From NCBI GenBank assembly GCA_965235115.1, contig OZ249446.1, positions 930,001 to 994,000 of the forward strand: 64,000 nt of DNA, written 5' to 3'. Origin of the DNA: Laetmonice hystrix (lineage: Eukaryota). Position 1 is the first letter of the stretch. Each line of letters opens with the position of its first letter. Positions 26,436-39,175 of this stretch are shown here, one piece after another. A program made the position numbers and the translations under genes. The notes under the pieces are model-generated. The model was not told where the DNA came from and did no database searches. It saw nothing but the letters and a program-made list of their open reading frames with translations.

Positions 26436-26589
26436 TGCCCAAGTTACTTGTAATAAAACTATTGAAGCCAGGTATTTAAAAGTGTGTAACCTTAACGCCC
26501 CCAGTAAACTTACTGCAGTAAGCCAATATACCTGATGACGTTATACATAGCTAGCCATCGTGCATTATTTGGATAATTCAACTCTGATC

Positions 26590-27002
26590 AACCAGCCCGC
26601 TGAGCTGTTACTGTATTTGAACCAGTCAGCCCGTAGAGCTGTTACTGTATTTGAACCAGTCAGCCCGCAGAGCTTTTACTGTATTTGAATCAGCCAGTCC
26701 GCAGAGCTCTTGCTGTATTTGAACCAGTCAGCCCGCAGAGCTTTTACTGTATTTGAACCAATCAGCCCGCAGAGCTTTTACTGTATTTGAACCAATCAGC
26801 CCGCTGAGCTGTTAGTGTTAGTGTATTTGAACCAATCAGCCCGCTGAGCTGTTACTGTATTTAAACCAATCAGCCCGCTGAGCTGTTACTGTATTTGAAC
26901 CAATCAGCCCGCTGAGCTGTTACTGTATTTGAACCAGTCAGCCCGCAGAGCTGTTACTGTATTTGAATCAGCCCGCCCGCTGAGCTGTTACTGTATTTGA
27001 AC
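26590..27002. repeat. Minisatellite, 34-bp unit CAGCCCGCTGAGCTGTTACTGTATTTGAACCAAT
   Basis: About 12 copies. Confidence 0.93.
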
Positions 27003-27597
27003 GCTTCCTGTAACCTTATCATCCTCTCGAGCTGGACTTAATTAATCAGAATTAATCAGAAACCCTCCGCCATCTCAAAACTCGATGTCGCATCTTCTGG
27101 ACCCTTTTAGTCGAGGTGGTCTCTCGGAGTGGAGGACAGGGTAGACCGCCAGCCCTTACCTGGCTCAGTGTCTACGTTATCTGGGGACGGAGATACGGTG
27201 AGAAATATGTCATATTTGTCACATGGCGCGTGACATGCTCGGGCCGTCTCTCTCCTACTCTACAGCAATGATAGGACAAAGCTGATACTTGACTAGTATC
27301 TCCTCACCTTCTCAGAACAACACTTGGTAGAGTTGTCAGATCTAGAATAAATGTTGGTTGTAGATTTCAGATCAACCTGATTAGAGCCGAGAGTAGCGCT
27401 TTCCCATCTTTAGTTTACAACATAACAGTTTTAGTTAATGGTGTATAGGCCAGTTCTAACATCTCTTTCACCTTTAATACCTCTGTCTTTCTCTGCACTG
27501 CACTTAAACTAGGAATATAGGAATGTTATGAATAGTCTATGTCTTCATGTCTCTCTCCATCACCGCCCAGATAATCACGACATTTTCTAAACCGCTG

Positions 27598-28230
27598 GGC
27601 CTGTCGTCCGTCTGTCTGTCCTTGGTCTGGTAAAGATATTCTGACACCAGCTAGGCCTGTCCTTGGCCTGTCCTTGGCCTGGTAAAGATATTCTGATACC
27701 GGGCCTGTCGTCGACCTGTCCTTGGCCTGGTAAAGATATTCTGACACCGGGCCTGTCGTCTGTCTGTCCTTGGCCTGGTAAAGATATTCTGACACCGGGC
27801 CTGTCGTCTGCCTGTCCTTGGCCTGGTAAAGATATTTTGACACCGGGCCTGTCGTCTGCCTGTCCTTGGCCTGGTAAAGATATTTTGACACCGGGCCTGT
27901 CGTCTGCCTGTCCTTGGCCTGGTAAAGATATTCTGACACCGGGCCTGTCGTCTGCCTGTCCTTGGCCTGGTAAAGATATTCTGACACCGGGCCTGTCGTC
28001 TGCCTGTCCTTGGCCTGGTAAAGATATTCTGACACCGGGCCTGTCGTCGGTCTGTTCTTGGCCTGGTAAAGATATTCTGACACCAGCTAGGCCTGTCGTC
28101 GGTCTGTCCTTGGTCTGGTAAAGATATTCTGACACCGGGCCTGTCGTCTGTCTGTCCTTGGCCTGGTAAAGATATTCTGACACCGGGCCTGTCGTATGTC
28201 TGTCTTTGGCCTGGTAAAGATATTTTGACA
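27598..28230. repeat. Minisatellite, 48-bp unit CCTGTCGTCTGCCTGTCCTTGGCCTGGTAAAGATATTCTGACACCGGG
   Basis: About 13 copies. Confidence 0.95.
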
Positions 28231-28689
28231 AATCCCCTACCGGAAGTCTCGCTGCACGTGACCTGTCACGGGGCTGATGTTTTTATTTGTCCACAGGGTG
28301 GCGTCCTTTGTCTTAGCGACAGGTCGGGGCGACCTTGACAACCCACACCGATCCGACAGGACAACGATTACCACGGATTAACTATTAGATGTCACACACA
28401 CGGCGATTAGAATACTAATTGATGTGGAATACAAAGTTAGATGTCACACACACAGCGATTAGAATACTAATTGATGTGGAATACAAAGGACGGAATCAAA
28501 AACAAAAACAAAACAACAACCAAAAAAAAAAACCTAACAATTAGAGGGAGAAACGATCAGCTTGACCGGATCCTGACGGTTGCCAACAATATTTCATTTT
28601 AGGATATTTAACCATCACAACAACAAAAAGAAAAGGAAATCAACTAAACAAATAAAAATTGCTTGAGTGCACGATCTTTGTTTTCCAAG

Positions 28690-29052
28690 CCGTAGACGGA
28701 CAGAACCATGATATTGTACACCTATGTCACTGCCGTAGACGGACAGAACCACGATATTGTACACCTATGTCACTGCCGTAGACGGACAAAACCATGATAT
28801 TGCACACCTATGTCACTGCCGTAGACAGACAGAACCATGATATTGCACACCTATGTCACTGCCGTAGACGGACAGAACCACGATATTGCACACCTATGTC
28901 ACTGCCGTAGACGGACAGAACCATGATATTGCACACCTATGTCACTGCCGTAGACGGACAGAACCACGATATTGCACACCTATGTCACTGCCGTAGACAG
29001 ACAGAACCATGATATTGTACACCTATGTCACTGCCGTAGACGGACAGAACCT
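28690..29052. repeat. Minisatellite, 43-bp unit CCGTAGACGGACAGAACCATGATATTGTACACCTATGTCACTG
   Basis: About 8.5 copies. The sequence is unrelated to the other 43-bp array. Confidence 0.95.
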
Positions 29053-29834
29053 TGCTACAGAAAGAGTAATTGATGTTCAGATCTTTCTGAGCAGGAACTT
29101 TAAGAGCATTTACTCGGTCTCTTCAGATGATTGACTCCCGTCATGGAAATTCACAAACATTTGAGTTGTGTATGAAAGAAATTAAGATTTATTGGCGAGG
29201 GCCAGTGAGCGTGAGGTCCTACGTGACCGTATGTATAGTCGACCTCTTCAATAGACGATCGCTATTCACCGAGCGATGACTTAACGACAACATTCCCCTT
29301 CAAGGGTCGCTAACCCTTTTAACCCCCTCAAAGGATCCACTCGTCCCGCTAATGACACACGTACAAAAAGAGAAGAATGGGTTAACTTCAAACGGAGCAC
29401 GACTCCGGGAACAAATCGAGACAAAATGTGTGTTCGCACTCGAGAGAGTCGTGTGTGAACCTGGTACTGAACTATAGAGGGAGGGTGTTGTAATGGGGTC
29501 GGGGTACGGAGACTGGGGTAAGGGTTGGTGGGGGTTGGTAGGGTGATGTTTGCCAATAGGAGGGTACGCTGGGGGGGGAGGGTGATAATCCCCCCCCCCC
29601 CACACACACACACACCTAGGGAAACAAGAACACAACTGTCCTCAGTATTCGCTCTCCCCCCTTACCTTCCAATATCTCCCCTTTCCAGAAATTCTACCTA
29701 TGTAGAAGTCTTAAAGAATATTTTACCTGTCAGCATTTACTACCGTCTTACCTGTTCTCTATATACTGACACTTCTACACTTTGACACAAGAAAACATAC
29801 CGGGGGGTTCAGCCATTGGAATATATTGCAGCGC

Positions 29835-30970
29835 CCAGTTTTGGTGTACCACTGACGGAAATGATAAACTTCAGCATGTATGTCTCTATTTGTGGTGTAG
29901 TTTTGGTGTACCACTGACAGTGGGGAAATGATAAACTTCAGAATGTATGTCTCTATTTGTGGTGTAGTTTTGGTGTACCACTGACAGTGGGGAAATGATA
30001 AACTTCAGAACGTATGTCTCTATTTGTGGTGTAGTTTTGGTGTACCACTGCCAGTGGCGAAATGATAAACTTCAGAACGTATGTCTCTATTTGTGGTGTA
30101 GTTTTGGTGTACCACTGACAGTGGGGAAATGATAAACTTCAGAACGTATGTCTTTATTTGTGGTGTAGATTTGGTGTACCACTGCCAGTGGCGAAATGAT
30201 AAACTTCAGAATGTATGTCTCTATTTGTGGTGTAGTTTTGGTGTACCACTGACAGTGGGGAAATGATAAACTTCAGAACGTATGTCTTTATTTGTGGTGT
30301 AGTTTTGGTGTACCACTGCCAGTGGCGAAATGATAAACTTCAGAATGTATGTCTCTATTTGTGGTGTAGTTTTGGTGTACCCCCACTGACAGTGGCGAAA
30401 TGATAAACTTCAGAACGTATGTCTCTATTTGTGGTGTAGTGTTGGTGTACCACTGACCGTGGGGAAATAATAAACCTGATGATGCATGGTTCTATTTGTG
30501 GTGTAGTTTTGGTGTACCACTGACAGTGGGGAAATGATAAACTTCAGAACGTATGTCTCTATTTGTGGTGTAGTTTTGGTGTACCACTGACAGTGGGGAA
30601 ATGATAAACTTCAGAACGTATGTCTTTATTTGTGGTGTAGTTTTGGTGTACCACTGACCGTGGGGAAATGATAAACTTCAGAACGTATGTCTTTATTTGT
30701 GGTGTAGTTTTGGTGTACCACTGACAGTGGCGAAATGATAAACTTCAGAACGTATGTCTCTATTTGTGGTGTAGTTTTGGTGTACCACTGACAGTGGGGA
30801 AATGATAAACTTCAGAACGTATGTCTCTATTTGTGGTGTAGTTTTGGTGTACCACTGACAGTGGGGAAATGATAAACTTCAGCATGTATGTCTCTATTTG
30901 TGGTGTAGTTTTGGTGTACCACTGACAGTGGGGAAATGATAAACCTCATGATGCATGGTTCTATTTGTGG
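29835..30970. repeat. Satellite, 67-bp unit GTTTTGGTGTACCACTGACAGTGGGGAAATGATAAACTTCAGAACGTATGTCTCTATTTGTGGTGTA
   Basis: About 17 copies. Confidence 0.97.
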
Positions 30971-32138
30971 TGGAGAGGCTGCAGTAGACACAGTCTGTGT
31001 ACGACCAGATTACAGGGTCCGGTTGTATATCGTTGTGGTAGCTGTCCATGTCTCGGCTGTTCGAGTTCATTGTATCCTGGCCGGATAGAGTGTCTAACTC
31101 AGATGTAGGTGATGAATTATGGCTAGTTGGATGAGACAATTAGGACGAGCATAATCCATCAAATATCTTTCAATTATCGTCTTTCTCTCGTGTTACACCT
31201 CACCCAGCCCAGACCAGGTGACACGGGGCTCCCAGGTAAACCATAGTTATAGCAACACGTTTGTTTACACAACACAGCCTCATTTCTTACAATAATGTCC
31301 AACTCTTAACTTGGCACCGATAATTTGGCGCGGCGACCATGCGGCGGACACCGATTCCGTCATTGTGCTGGGTGCGTGCGCAGCGTGTCGACCGTCACAC
31401 ATGACTGAGCACGCCAGGCGGTTACCATGACAGCACGGTCCGTTCGGACAACGTGATAGTTGACACACTCACTCCCGCTGGGTCGAAAACGGCTTCAACA
31501 AAAGGAAAACTTTCCTAAGTGTTTTTGGTTGTCTCGGACCGTGCGAGATCATGGGAGGTAGTTGATATATCGATATATTGAGGGACAGTCAGAGGCTCGT
31601 CATTACTTCAGCCTTCTGCCGGCAGATGGCGGGCGTCAAGTGAGGATGGACAGGACATACATCTTTTAGACAAATTCACCGTCATATCTTTGTCAGGCAT
31701 TGTCTTAGGGGCAATATTAGCGGGGAACCGTGCCCACTCAACCAGGGCAATATTAGCGGGGAGCCGCGGCCAATCAACCAGTGTTATAGATTGGTAAGAC
31801 ATGGCCAGGCTCGCACAGAGACGTAGCAATCTATGTTCTTATCTTACCTTGTATTTTAGCCCGTGTTTTGTTAGCGTGGAGATATTAATCACATTTTAGC
31901 TGGTATATATCCTCCACTTTGTTATAACCCGATCATGTTGTAGGATACAATCCTTTACATGAACCAATCTTTAACATTTTTATTACGATCTCTATAAACT
32001 TATTGATGGAAGAGATGAAAAGGTTTAATCGTCTCAATGTTTCCCATGCTGGCGTTCCTCTATACATGTGTTTGAAATATGCACAATATTATAAGTTTTC
32101 GAGTGTTTCCCATTCGGTAAAACTGACCGCGAACTACA

Positions 32139-32361
32139 CAGGCGCGTGTCCAGGGGAGTCCAGGGGGTCCGGAACCTCCTTGCTTCCACAGAGCATAGAT
32201 TTTGTCTAAGCATTCCCGACGTTTTAAACCCGTTGAGCGATGAATCCACAAAATATAATGCCCTAAAATGGTCCCTAAATGGTGGAGAATCGCGTCTCAG
32301 AGCTTCTAATTTTTAAAAACTTTCTAAGACCCCTCTGCTAAAAATCCTGGACCCTCGCCTG
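32139..32361. mobile_element. 223-bp non-autonomous TIR element with an apparent 5-bp TSD
   Basis: Imperfect TIR: CAGGCGCGTGTCCAGG (32139-32154) and CCTGGACCCTCGCCTG (32346-32361). CTACA lies immediately on both sides (32134-32138 and 32362-32366). Confidence 0.6.
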
Positions 32362-32882
32362 CTACAATAACTGACATTGTAGAAACCGTCTAGTCTTAGC
32401 CCTCTCTATATTCATATGTCGGGGGGGGGGGGGGGTGCTATCACTTCCTATAGTCAAATGTCGGGGGCGCTACTGGAAACTGTCTCCTTTGTCCTACCAC
32501 TTTAGATGATAAATTTATCGGCAGGCTCGTGCTTGACCGATCTCACCTGGCCTGTGTAAACTTTCTCTTCTCTCCGTGGGGGGATCCACTGACCACAACC
32601 CCCGCCACGCCGCCGCCCACAATTCAACACACTTCAAAGGAACTCCTTTCATTTCCAACCGTTTGGCTAATTCTATTGGGCAATAAAATGGCACGAGTGG
32701 TTGTTTTCTATTGACCTTCCGTGTGAAGTGCAGTTTTACCACGGCGAACTCGCGTCTGAGGTGTTCAGCTGGGGCAAGCGATAGGAACACCCTCTAAAGG
32801 CATTGTCTTCTGCCGGTCTGCAAGGGATCCATTAAAGAATACGGCTTTTTGTAAAAAGGTCAGGTGATCCTTTCTTTTATAG

Positions 32883-34060
32883 TAGGGCTGACACGATAAA
32901 CTCGTGCAACGATACGACACGCATGACAAACTATAGTATACGTATCATGATAGTTTTCAAGCTAACCCGGATTTATGCTTAGACTGCCACACAGTTAAGC
33001 GGGAGTCAACAGCCTGGGTCAATACACTGTTGTGTGAGCCATTCCATAGATCGATGACGTCAGAGGTGATGACGGAGTAATCATAATCTGGGGATAGAGG
33101 GTCTCAGGACACTTTTTACTATCACTTTTATCGAATTGAGAGTAACTAAAAATTGAGAGTACCGAAAAAAGCGGAACTAGAGGCTTGGTCCAAGTCCTAT
33201 ACCGTTCGAAGATCTGGCGTCTGGAGAACACACGATAGCCCATTGATAGTCAACTGGTTTGGAACCTTGCCGCAGATTGAGCCCACTGACGGGGTACGGG
33301 TTCTATTGCTAGATCCCTTTAGAAGAGTTGTGTCCACCTATCGCCGAGTTACACCCTCACCTCTCCAGGTGGACACACGTCAACCGAGCCGAACTCTTCG
33401 TACTGTCAGGTTTTCAACAGCGTCTGTTTCCAGACTACGACCGAACGTGGAGACCGGCGCCTCGTAGTTCCCTACATTACTACAGTGGTAGTAATTGCTT
33501 TATATAATCCCCCTCCAGGTCGAGGACCACAGAAAGGGTGTGCACATACACTTAACGTTATGCTAGGATAAAAACAGATTTCCGGCGAAATTAAAAGTAT
33601 TGAAGTATGACAGGTCTTAGGTAAAGATTAATCCCTAATTTTGATAGACATTTTACGGCTGTAAAATTTGTTTTAGTGAACATAAACAGATATTTTGAAA
33701 ATCTTCCAGCAAAATTGCGAGCTGTGCTCCTTCTCCACCTTGCAGTCACGTGTCCATGTCTTGGTACCTCCGGAGCTGCAAAGCTATGCTACAGGGTCGG
33801 GTACACACACCCCACTCAGAAATAAATTGAAAGAAAAATTCATTTCCCTGTGAGAACACAAATGTACATTTTCCTGGTGTCGAACTATATCACACGTGAC
33901 ACTAATATATTTAATGTACACTGAAACTGGACATTTGGATAAAATGTCTGGCTCATGGGCGTATCGTTTTGTATCGATCTTTTGAAATTATTATCAGTAT
34001 ATCGTAGCGGGCAGGAAATATTGCGATTCACCGATATAGCGATGAATCGTTCCAGTCCTA
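32883..34060. mobile_element. Possible hAT-like non-autonomous element, or two independent MITE ends
   Basis: TAGGGCTGACACGATA at 32883 and AATCGTTCCAGTCCTA ending at 34060 form an imperfect inverted pair with CGATA-rich subterminal regions. The flanks ttttatag and (tg)atttatag are only an approximate, offset TSD. Confidence 0.3.
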
Positions 34061-34097
34061 TGATTTATAGGTAGACTCGCCCTTACCCACGTCTGAC

Positions 34098-34890
34098 CCT
34101 GGTCCCCAAACGTATTCACCTCGGCCCCAAGGTCACACGATCCTGGTCCCAAGGTCACACGTTACTCTATCACAATCATAACCTGACGACGGTTAGCGGA
34201 GTGTCTGACGTCCTTTATGTCATGACAAGTATCGTCACACCATTACTGGGGTCCCCAAACGTATTCACCTCGGCCCCAAGGTTACACATCCTGGCCCCAA
34301 GGTCACACGATCCTGGCCCCAAGGTCACACGTTACTCTATCACAATCATAACCTAACGACGGTTAGCGGAGTGGCTGTCGTCCTTTATGTCATGACAAGT
34401 ATCGTCACACCATTACTGGGGTCCCCAAACGTATTCACCTCGGCCCCAAGGTTACACGATCCTGACCCCAAGGTCACACGATCCTGGCCCCAAGGTCACA
34501 CGTTACTCTATCACAACCATAACCTAACGACGGTTAGCGGAGTGTCTGACGTCCTATGTCATGACAAGTATCGTCAGACCATTACTGGGGTCCCCAAACG
34601 TATTCACCTCGGCCCCAAGGTTACACATCCTGGCCCCAAGGTCACACGATCCTGGCCCCAAGGTCACACGTTACTCTATCACAATCATAACCTAACGACG
34701 GTTAGCGGAGTGGCTGTCGTCCTTTATGTCATGACAAGTATCGTCAGACCATTACTGGGGTCCCCAAACGTATTCACCTCGGCCCCAAGGTTACACGATC
34801 CTGGCCCCAAGGTCACACGATCCTGGCCCCAGGGTCACACGTTACTCTATCACAACCGTTACGATAACCTGACCGTTAGCGGAGTGTCTG
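34098..34890. repeat. Nested repeat: about 170-bp unit with an internal 21-22-bp subrepeat (CCTGGCCCCAAGGTCACACGAT)
   Basis: GTCCCCAAAC occurs at 34102, 34251, 34421, 34590 and 34760 (spacings 149, 170, 169, 170). Confidence 0.92.
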
Positions 34891-35814
34891 ACCTCACCAC
34901 AACCCGTTCACCCTCGCCGTCTGATAGCAACAGATACACAGCACTAGAGAGATATCATCGACACCACTTGAACATGAACTCCTATCAAAACGAAGCGATT
35001 TTAATGTGACAACAAGAGTCAAGAGCTACCACTCGGTGGCCAAGTCGGTCTGAGGTTGACAACACGTGCGGGTTGTACGCGGTTATGTTGATGCGAGAGC
35101 TTATTAAAGCTAGATTAAGACGTACTCGTGTTACGATGGCTGTGAAGTACAATCTCCAGTACCGTGGTTTCCGGTACGGTTATCTTCGGGTGGTGTATCC
35201 TCGACAAGTGAAGAGTTTCGCAAGTGTCCCGTTTACACGTTACGGTGTGAAGATACCATTGTATTGGCTGACTGTCCAAACACAATCCCCTTCCCTCATC
35301 CAGGCATCGATAACAATTTGTGGGGAGAAATCATCTTAACCAGGGACGCCGTATATACTCGCATCCATAAATCACTTTATAGTCAGGTCATAAGTGGCGT
35401 TACCACATCTTTCTATGTCAACAAGAGGCTGGTAACACACCTATAACACACCTTGAAACAATATTATCTACCGTGGGTAGGGCTGCATCTCTGTGTACAC
35501 TCAGCCAAAGTACTACATCATTTTAAATATAACATGTTGGACATCAACTTCCACTATTGGAAGATGTGCTCCTGAGAAAGCCTTTTCACATTCAAAAAAC
35601 ACACATGACCATTGTTTATGATAAATTGAACAACTAGGATAATTTGAGTTCACTCACCATCACTTGTATATTGTCAGCGTTTGCTTGAAACTCAGAACTC
35701 TCCATGCACCTGTAATAAAGGTGTATACAAAATGTGTTACAATAACTGCCACATCATATTTTAATTAGAACCCTAGACTTGCCTCACCATGTATGATTCT
35801 ATACTTTTCGTACT

Positions 35815-36157
35815 CCCAGCGGGTTTACTTATATAGCCCTTCTCCCAGAGGGCTGGTTTACTTATATAGTCCTTCTCCCAGAGGGCTGGTTCACTTATAT
35901 AGTCCTTCTCCCAGAGGGCTGGTTCACTTATATAGTCCTTCTCCCAGAGGGCTGGTTCACTTATATAGTCCTTCTCCCAGAGGGCTGGTTCACTTATATA
36001 GTCCTTCTCCCAGAGGGCTGGTTCACTTATATAGTCCTTCTCCCAGAGGGCTGGTTCACTTATATAGTCCTTCTCCCAGAGGGCGGGTTCACTTATATAG
36101 TCCTTCTCCCAGAGGGCTGGTTCACTTATATAGTCCTTCTCCCAGAGGGCTGGTTTA
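35815..36157. repeat. Minisatellite, 33-bp unit CTGGTTCACTTATATAGTCCTTCTCCCAGAGGG
   Basis: About 10 copies. Confidence 0.95.
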
Positions 36158-36404
36158 ATAATTTATTATGTAGGCGGCGCTTCCAAAGAAAGATTGGCGA
36201 CAAGAAAAACCAAAGTCAAATGTAACACAGATACAAGTGTTATAAATATGCTTAATGGGTAGGAAAACCCTACACATGTGCACATTTGATTTCAAACATC
36301 ATTGTCAATTGGACACTCCTGCCCCGGTTTATGAATATAATGTGCCGATGACTTCTTTCACAAGTGACAAGGAGAACATTTCATCAAAAAATGTCATCAA
36401 AATA

Positions 36405-37463
36405 GACAAGAAGTATTTATACCGGTACATGTAGCACGATATAATGGTACAACGTGTCTACAACAAGAAGTATTTATACCGGTACATGTAGCACGATATA
36501 ATGGTACAACGTGTCTACAACAAGAAGTATTTATACCGGTACATGTAGCACGATATAATGGTACAACGTGTCTACAACAAGAAGTATTTATACCGGTACA
36601 TGTAGCACGATATAATGGTACAACGTGTCTACAACAAGAAGTATTTATACCGGTACATGTAGCACGATATAATGGTACAACGTGTCTACAACAAGAAGTA
36701 TTTATACCGGTACATGTAGCACGATATAATGGTACAACGTGTCTACAACAAGAAGTATTTATACCGGTACATGTAGCACGATATAATGGTACAACGTGTC
36801 TACAACAAGAAGTATTTATACCGGTACATGTAGCACGATATAATGGTACAACGTGTCTACAACAAGAAGTATTTATACCGGTACATGTAGCACGATATAA
36901 TGGTACAACATGTCTACAACAAGAAGTATTTATACCGGTACATGTAGCACGATATAATGGTACAACGTGTCTACAACAAGAAGTATTTATACCGGTACAT
37001 GTAGCACGATATAATGGTACAACGTGTCTACAACAAGAAGTATTTATACCGGTACATGTAGCACGATATAATGGTACAACATGTCTACAACAAGAAGTAT
37101 TTATACCGGTACATGTAGCACGATATAATGGTACACAGTGTCTACAACAAGAAGTATTTATACCGGTACATGTAGCCCGATATAATGGTACAACGTGTCT
37201 ACAACAAGAAGTATTTATACCGGTACATGTAGCACGATATAATGGTACAACATGTCTACAACAAGAAGTATTTATACCGGTACATGTAGCACGATATATT
37301 GGTACAACGTGTATACAACAAGAAGTATTTATACCGGTACATGTAGCACGATAATACAACGTGTCTACAACAAGAAGTATTTATACCGGTACATGTAGCA
37401 CGATATAATGGTACAACGTGTCTACAACAGTGTTTAAACCGGTACATGTAGCACGATATAATG
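36405..37463. repeat. Satellite, 57-bp unit ACAACAAGAAGTATTTATACCGGTACATGTAGCACGATATAATGGTACAACGTGTCT
   Basis: About 18 near-perfect copies. Confidence 0.97.
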
Positions 37464-37789
37464 ATACCATTTTGTCCGATAGAAGATCAAGTAAAATGTC
37501 GGCAGGTTTTCCAGCGGCGTGTTGGTATTTGATGACGTAAGTTTCCAGCCATATCTCCGCGTTATAGATTCCATTGGCTGGCCCCTCCCTGCTCAGGTTC
37601 AGATACAGAAGTTAATCCACTGTACTAGCTTTGATCCACTCGCTACACTTTGATCTCTTATCAAGTTAAGTGGGTAATCAGATTAGAGTGAAGGACCGAA
37701 TTGCATACAATCATGATAAGTTGTTTTTGAGGTGGTACCGCCTGAGATAGAAAGTCTCAGTGCGAGACCGACACATAGCGAGGAGTACT

Positions 37790-39175
37790 GCCGACTACCA
37801 CCGACCTAAACTGGCTCTGATCACGACTTACAGACTGGGCAGTAGGTAGAGTACAGGCTAACCCTACCACCGACCTAAACTGGCTCTGATCACGACTTAC
37901 AGACTGGGCAGTAGGTAGAGTACAGGCTAACCCTACCACCGACCTAAACTGGCTCTGATCACGACTTACAGACTGGGCAGTAGGCAGAGTACAGGCTAAC
38001 CCTACCACCGACCTAAACTGGCTCTGATCACGACTTACAGACTGGGCAGTACCTGTAGAGTACAGGCTAACCCTACCACCGACCTAAACTGGCTCAGATC
38101 ACGACTTACAGACTGGGCAGTAAGTAGAGTACAAGCTAACCCTACCACCGACTTAAACTGGCTCTGATCACGGCTTACAGACTGGGCAGTAGGTAGAGTA
38201 CAGGCTAACCCTACCACCGACCTAAACTGGCACTGATCACGACTTACAGACTGGGCAGTAGGTAGAGTACAGGCTAACCTTACCACCGACCTAAACTGGC
38301 TCTGATCACGACTTACAGACTGGGCAGTAGGTAGAGTACAGGCTAACCTTACCACCGACCTAAACTGGCTCTGATCACGACTTACAGACTGGGCAGTAGG
38401 TAGAGTACAGGCTAACCTTACCACCGACCTAAACTGGCTCTGATCACGACTTACAGACTGGGCAGTAGGTAGAGTACAGGCTAACCTTACCACCGACCGA
38501 AACTGGCTCTGATCACGACTTACAGACTGGGCAGTAGGTACAGTACAGGCTAACCCTACCACCGACCTAAACTGGCTCTGATCACGACTTACAGACTGGG
38601 CAGTAGGTAGAGTACAGGCTAACCCTACCACCGACCTAAACTGGCTCTGATCACAACTTACAGACTGGGCAGTAGGTAGAGTACAGGCTAACCCTACCAC
38701 CGACCTAAGCTGGCTCTGATCACGGCTTACAGACTGGGCAGTAGGTAGAGTACAGGCTAACCCTACCACCGACCTAAACTGGCTCTGATCACGACTTACA
38801 GACTGGGCAGTAGGTAGAGTACAGGCTAACCCTACCACCGACCTAAACTGGCTCTGATCACGACTTACAGACTGGGCAGTAGGTAGAGTACAGGCTAACC
38901 TTACCACCGACCTAAACTGGCTCTGATCACGACTTACAGACTGGGCAGTAGGTAGAGTACAGGCTAACCTTACCACCGACCTAAACTGGCTCTGATCACG
39001 ACTTACAGACTGGGCAGTAGGTAGAGTACAGGCTAACCCTACCACCGACCTAAACTGGCTCTGATCACGACTTACAGACTGGGCAGTAGGTAGAGTACAG
39101 GCTAACCCTACCACCGACCTAAACTGGCTCTGATCACGACTTACAGACTGGGCAGTAGGCAGAGTACAGGCTAAT
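37790..39175. repeat. Satellite, 69-bp unit CTACCACCGACCTAAACTGGCTCTGATCACGACTTACAGACTGGGCAGTAGGTAGAGTACAGGCTAACC
   Basis: About 20 copies. It is the source of the 394-aa repeat ORF. Confidence 0.97.

Noticed and set aside
35040-35450. Protein-like frames on both strands as a retroelement fragment
   Set aside because: No RT, RNase H, integrase or endonuclease motif is seen, and the minus frame has internal stops.
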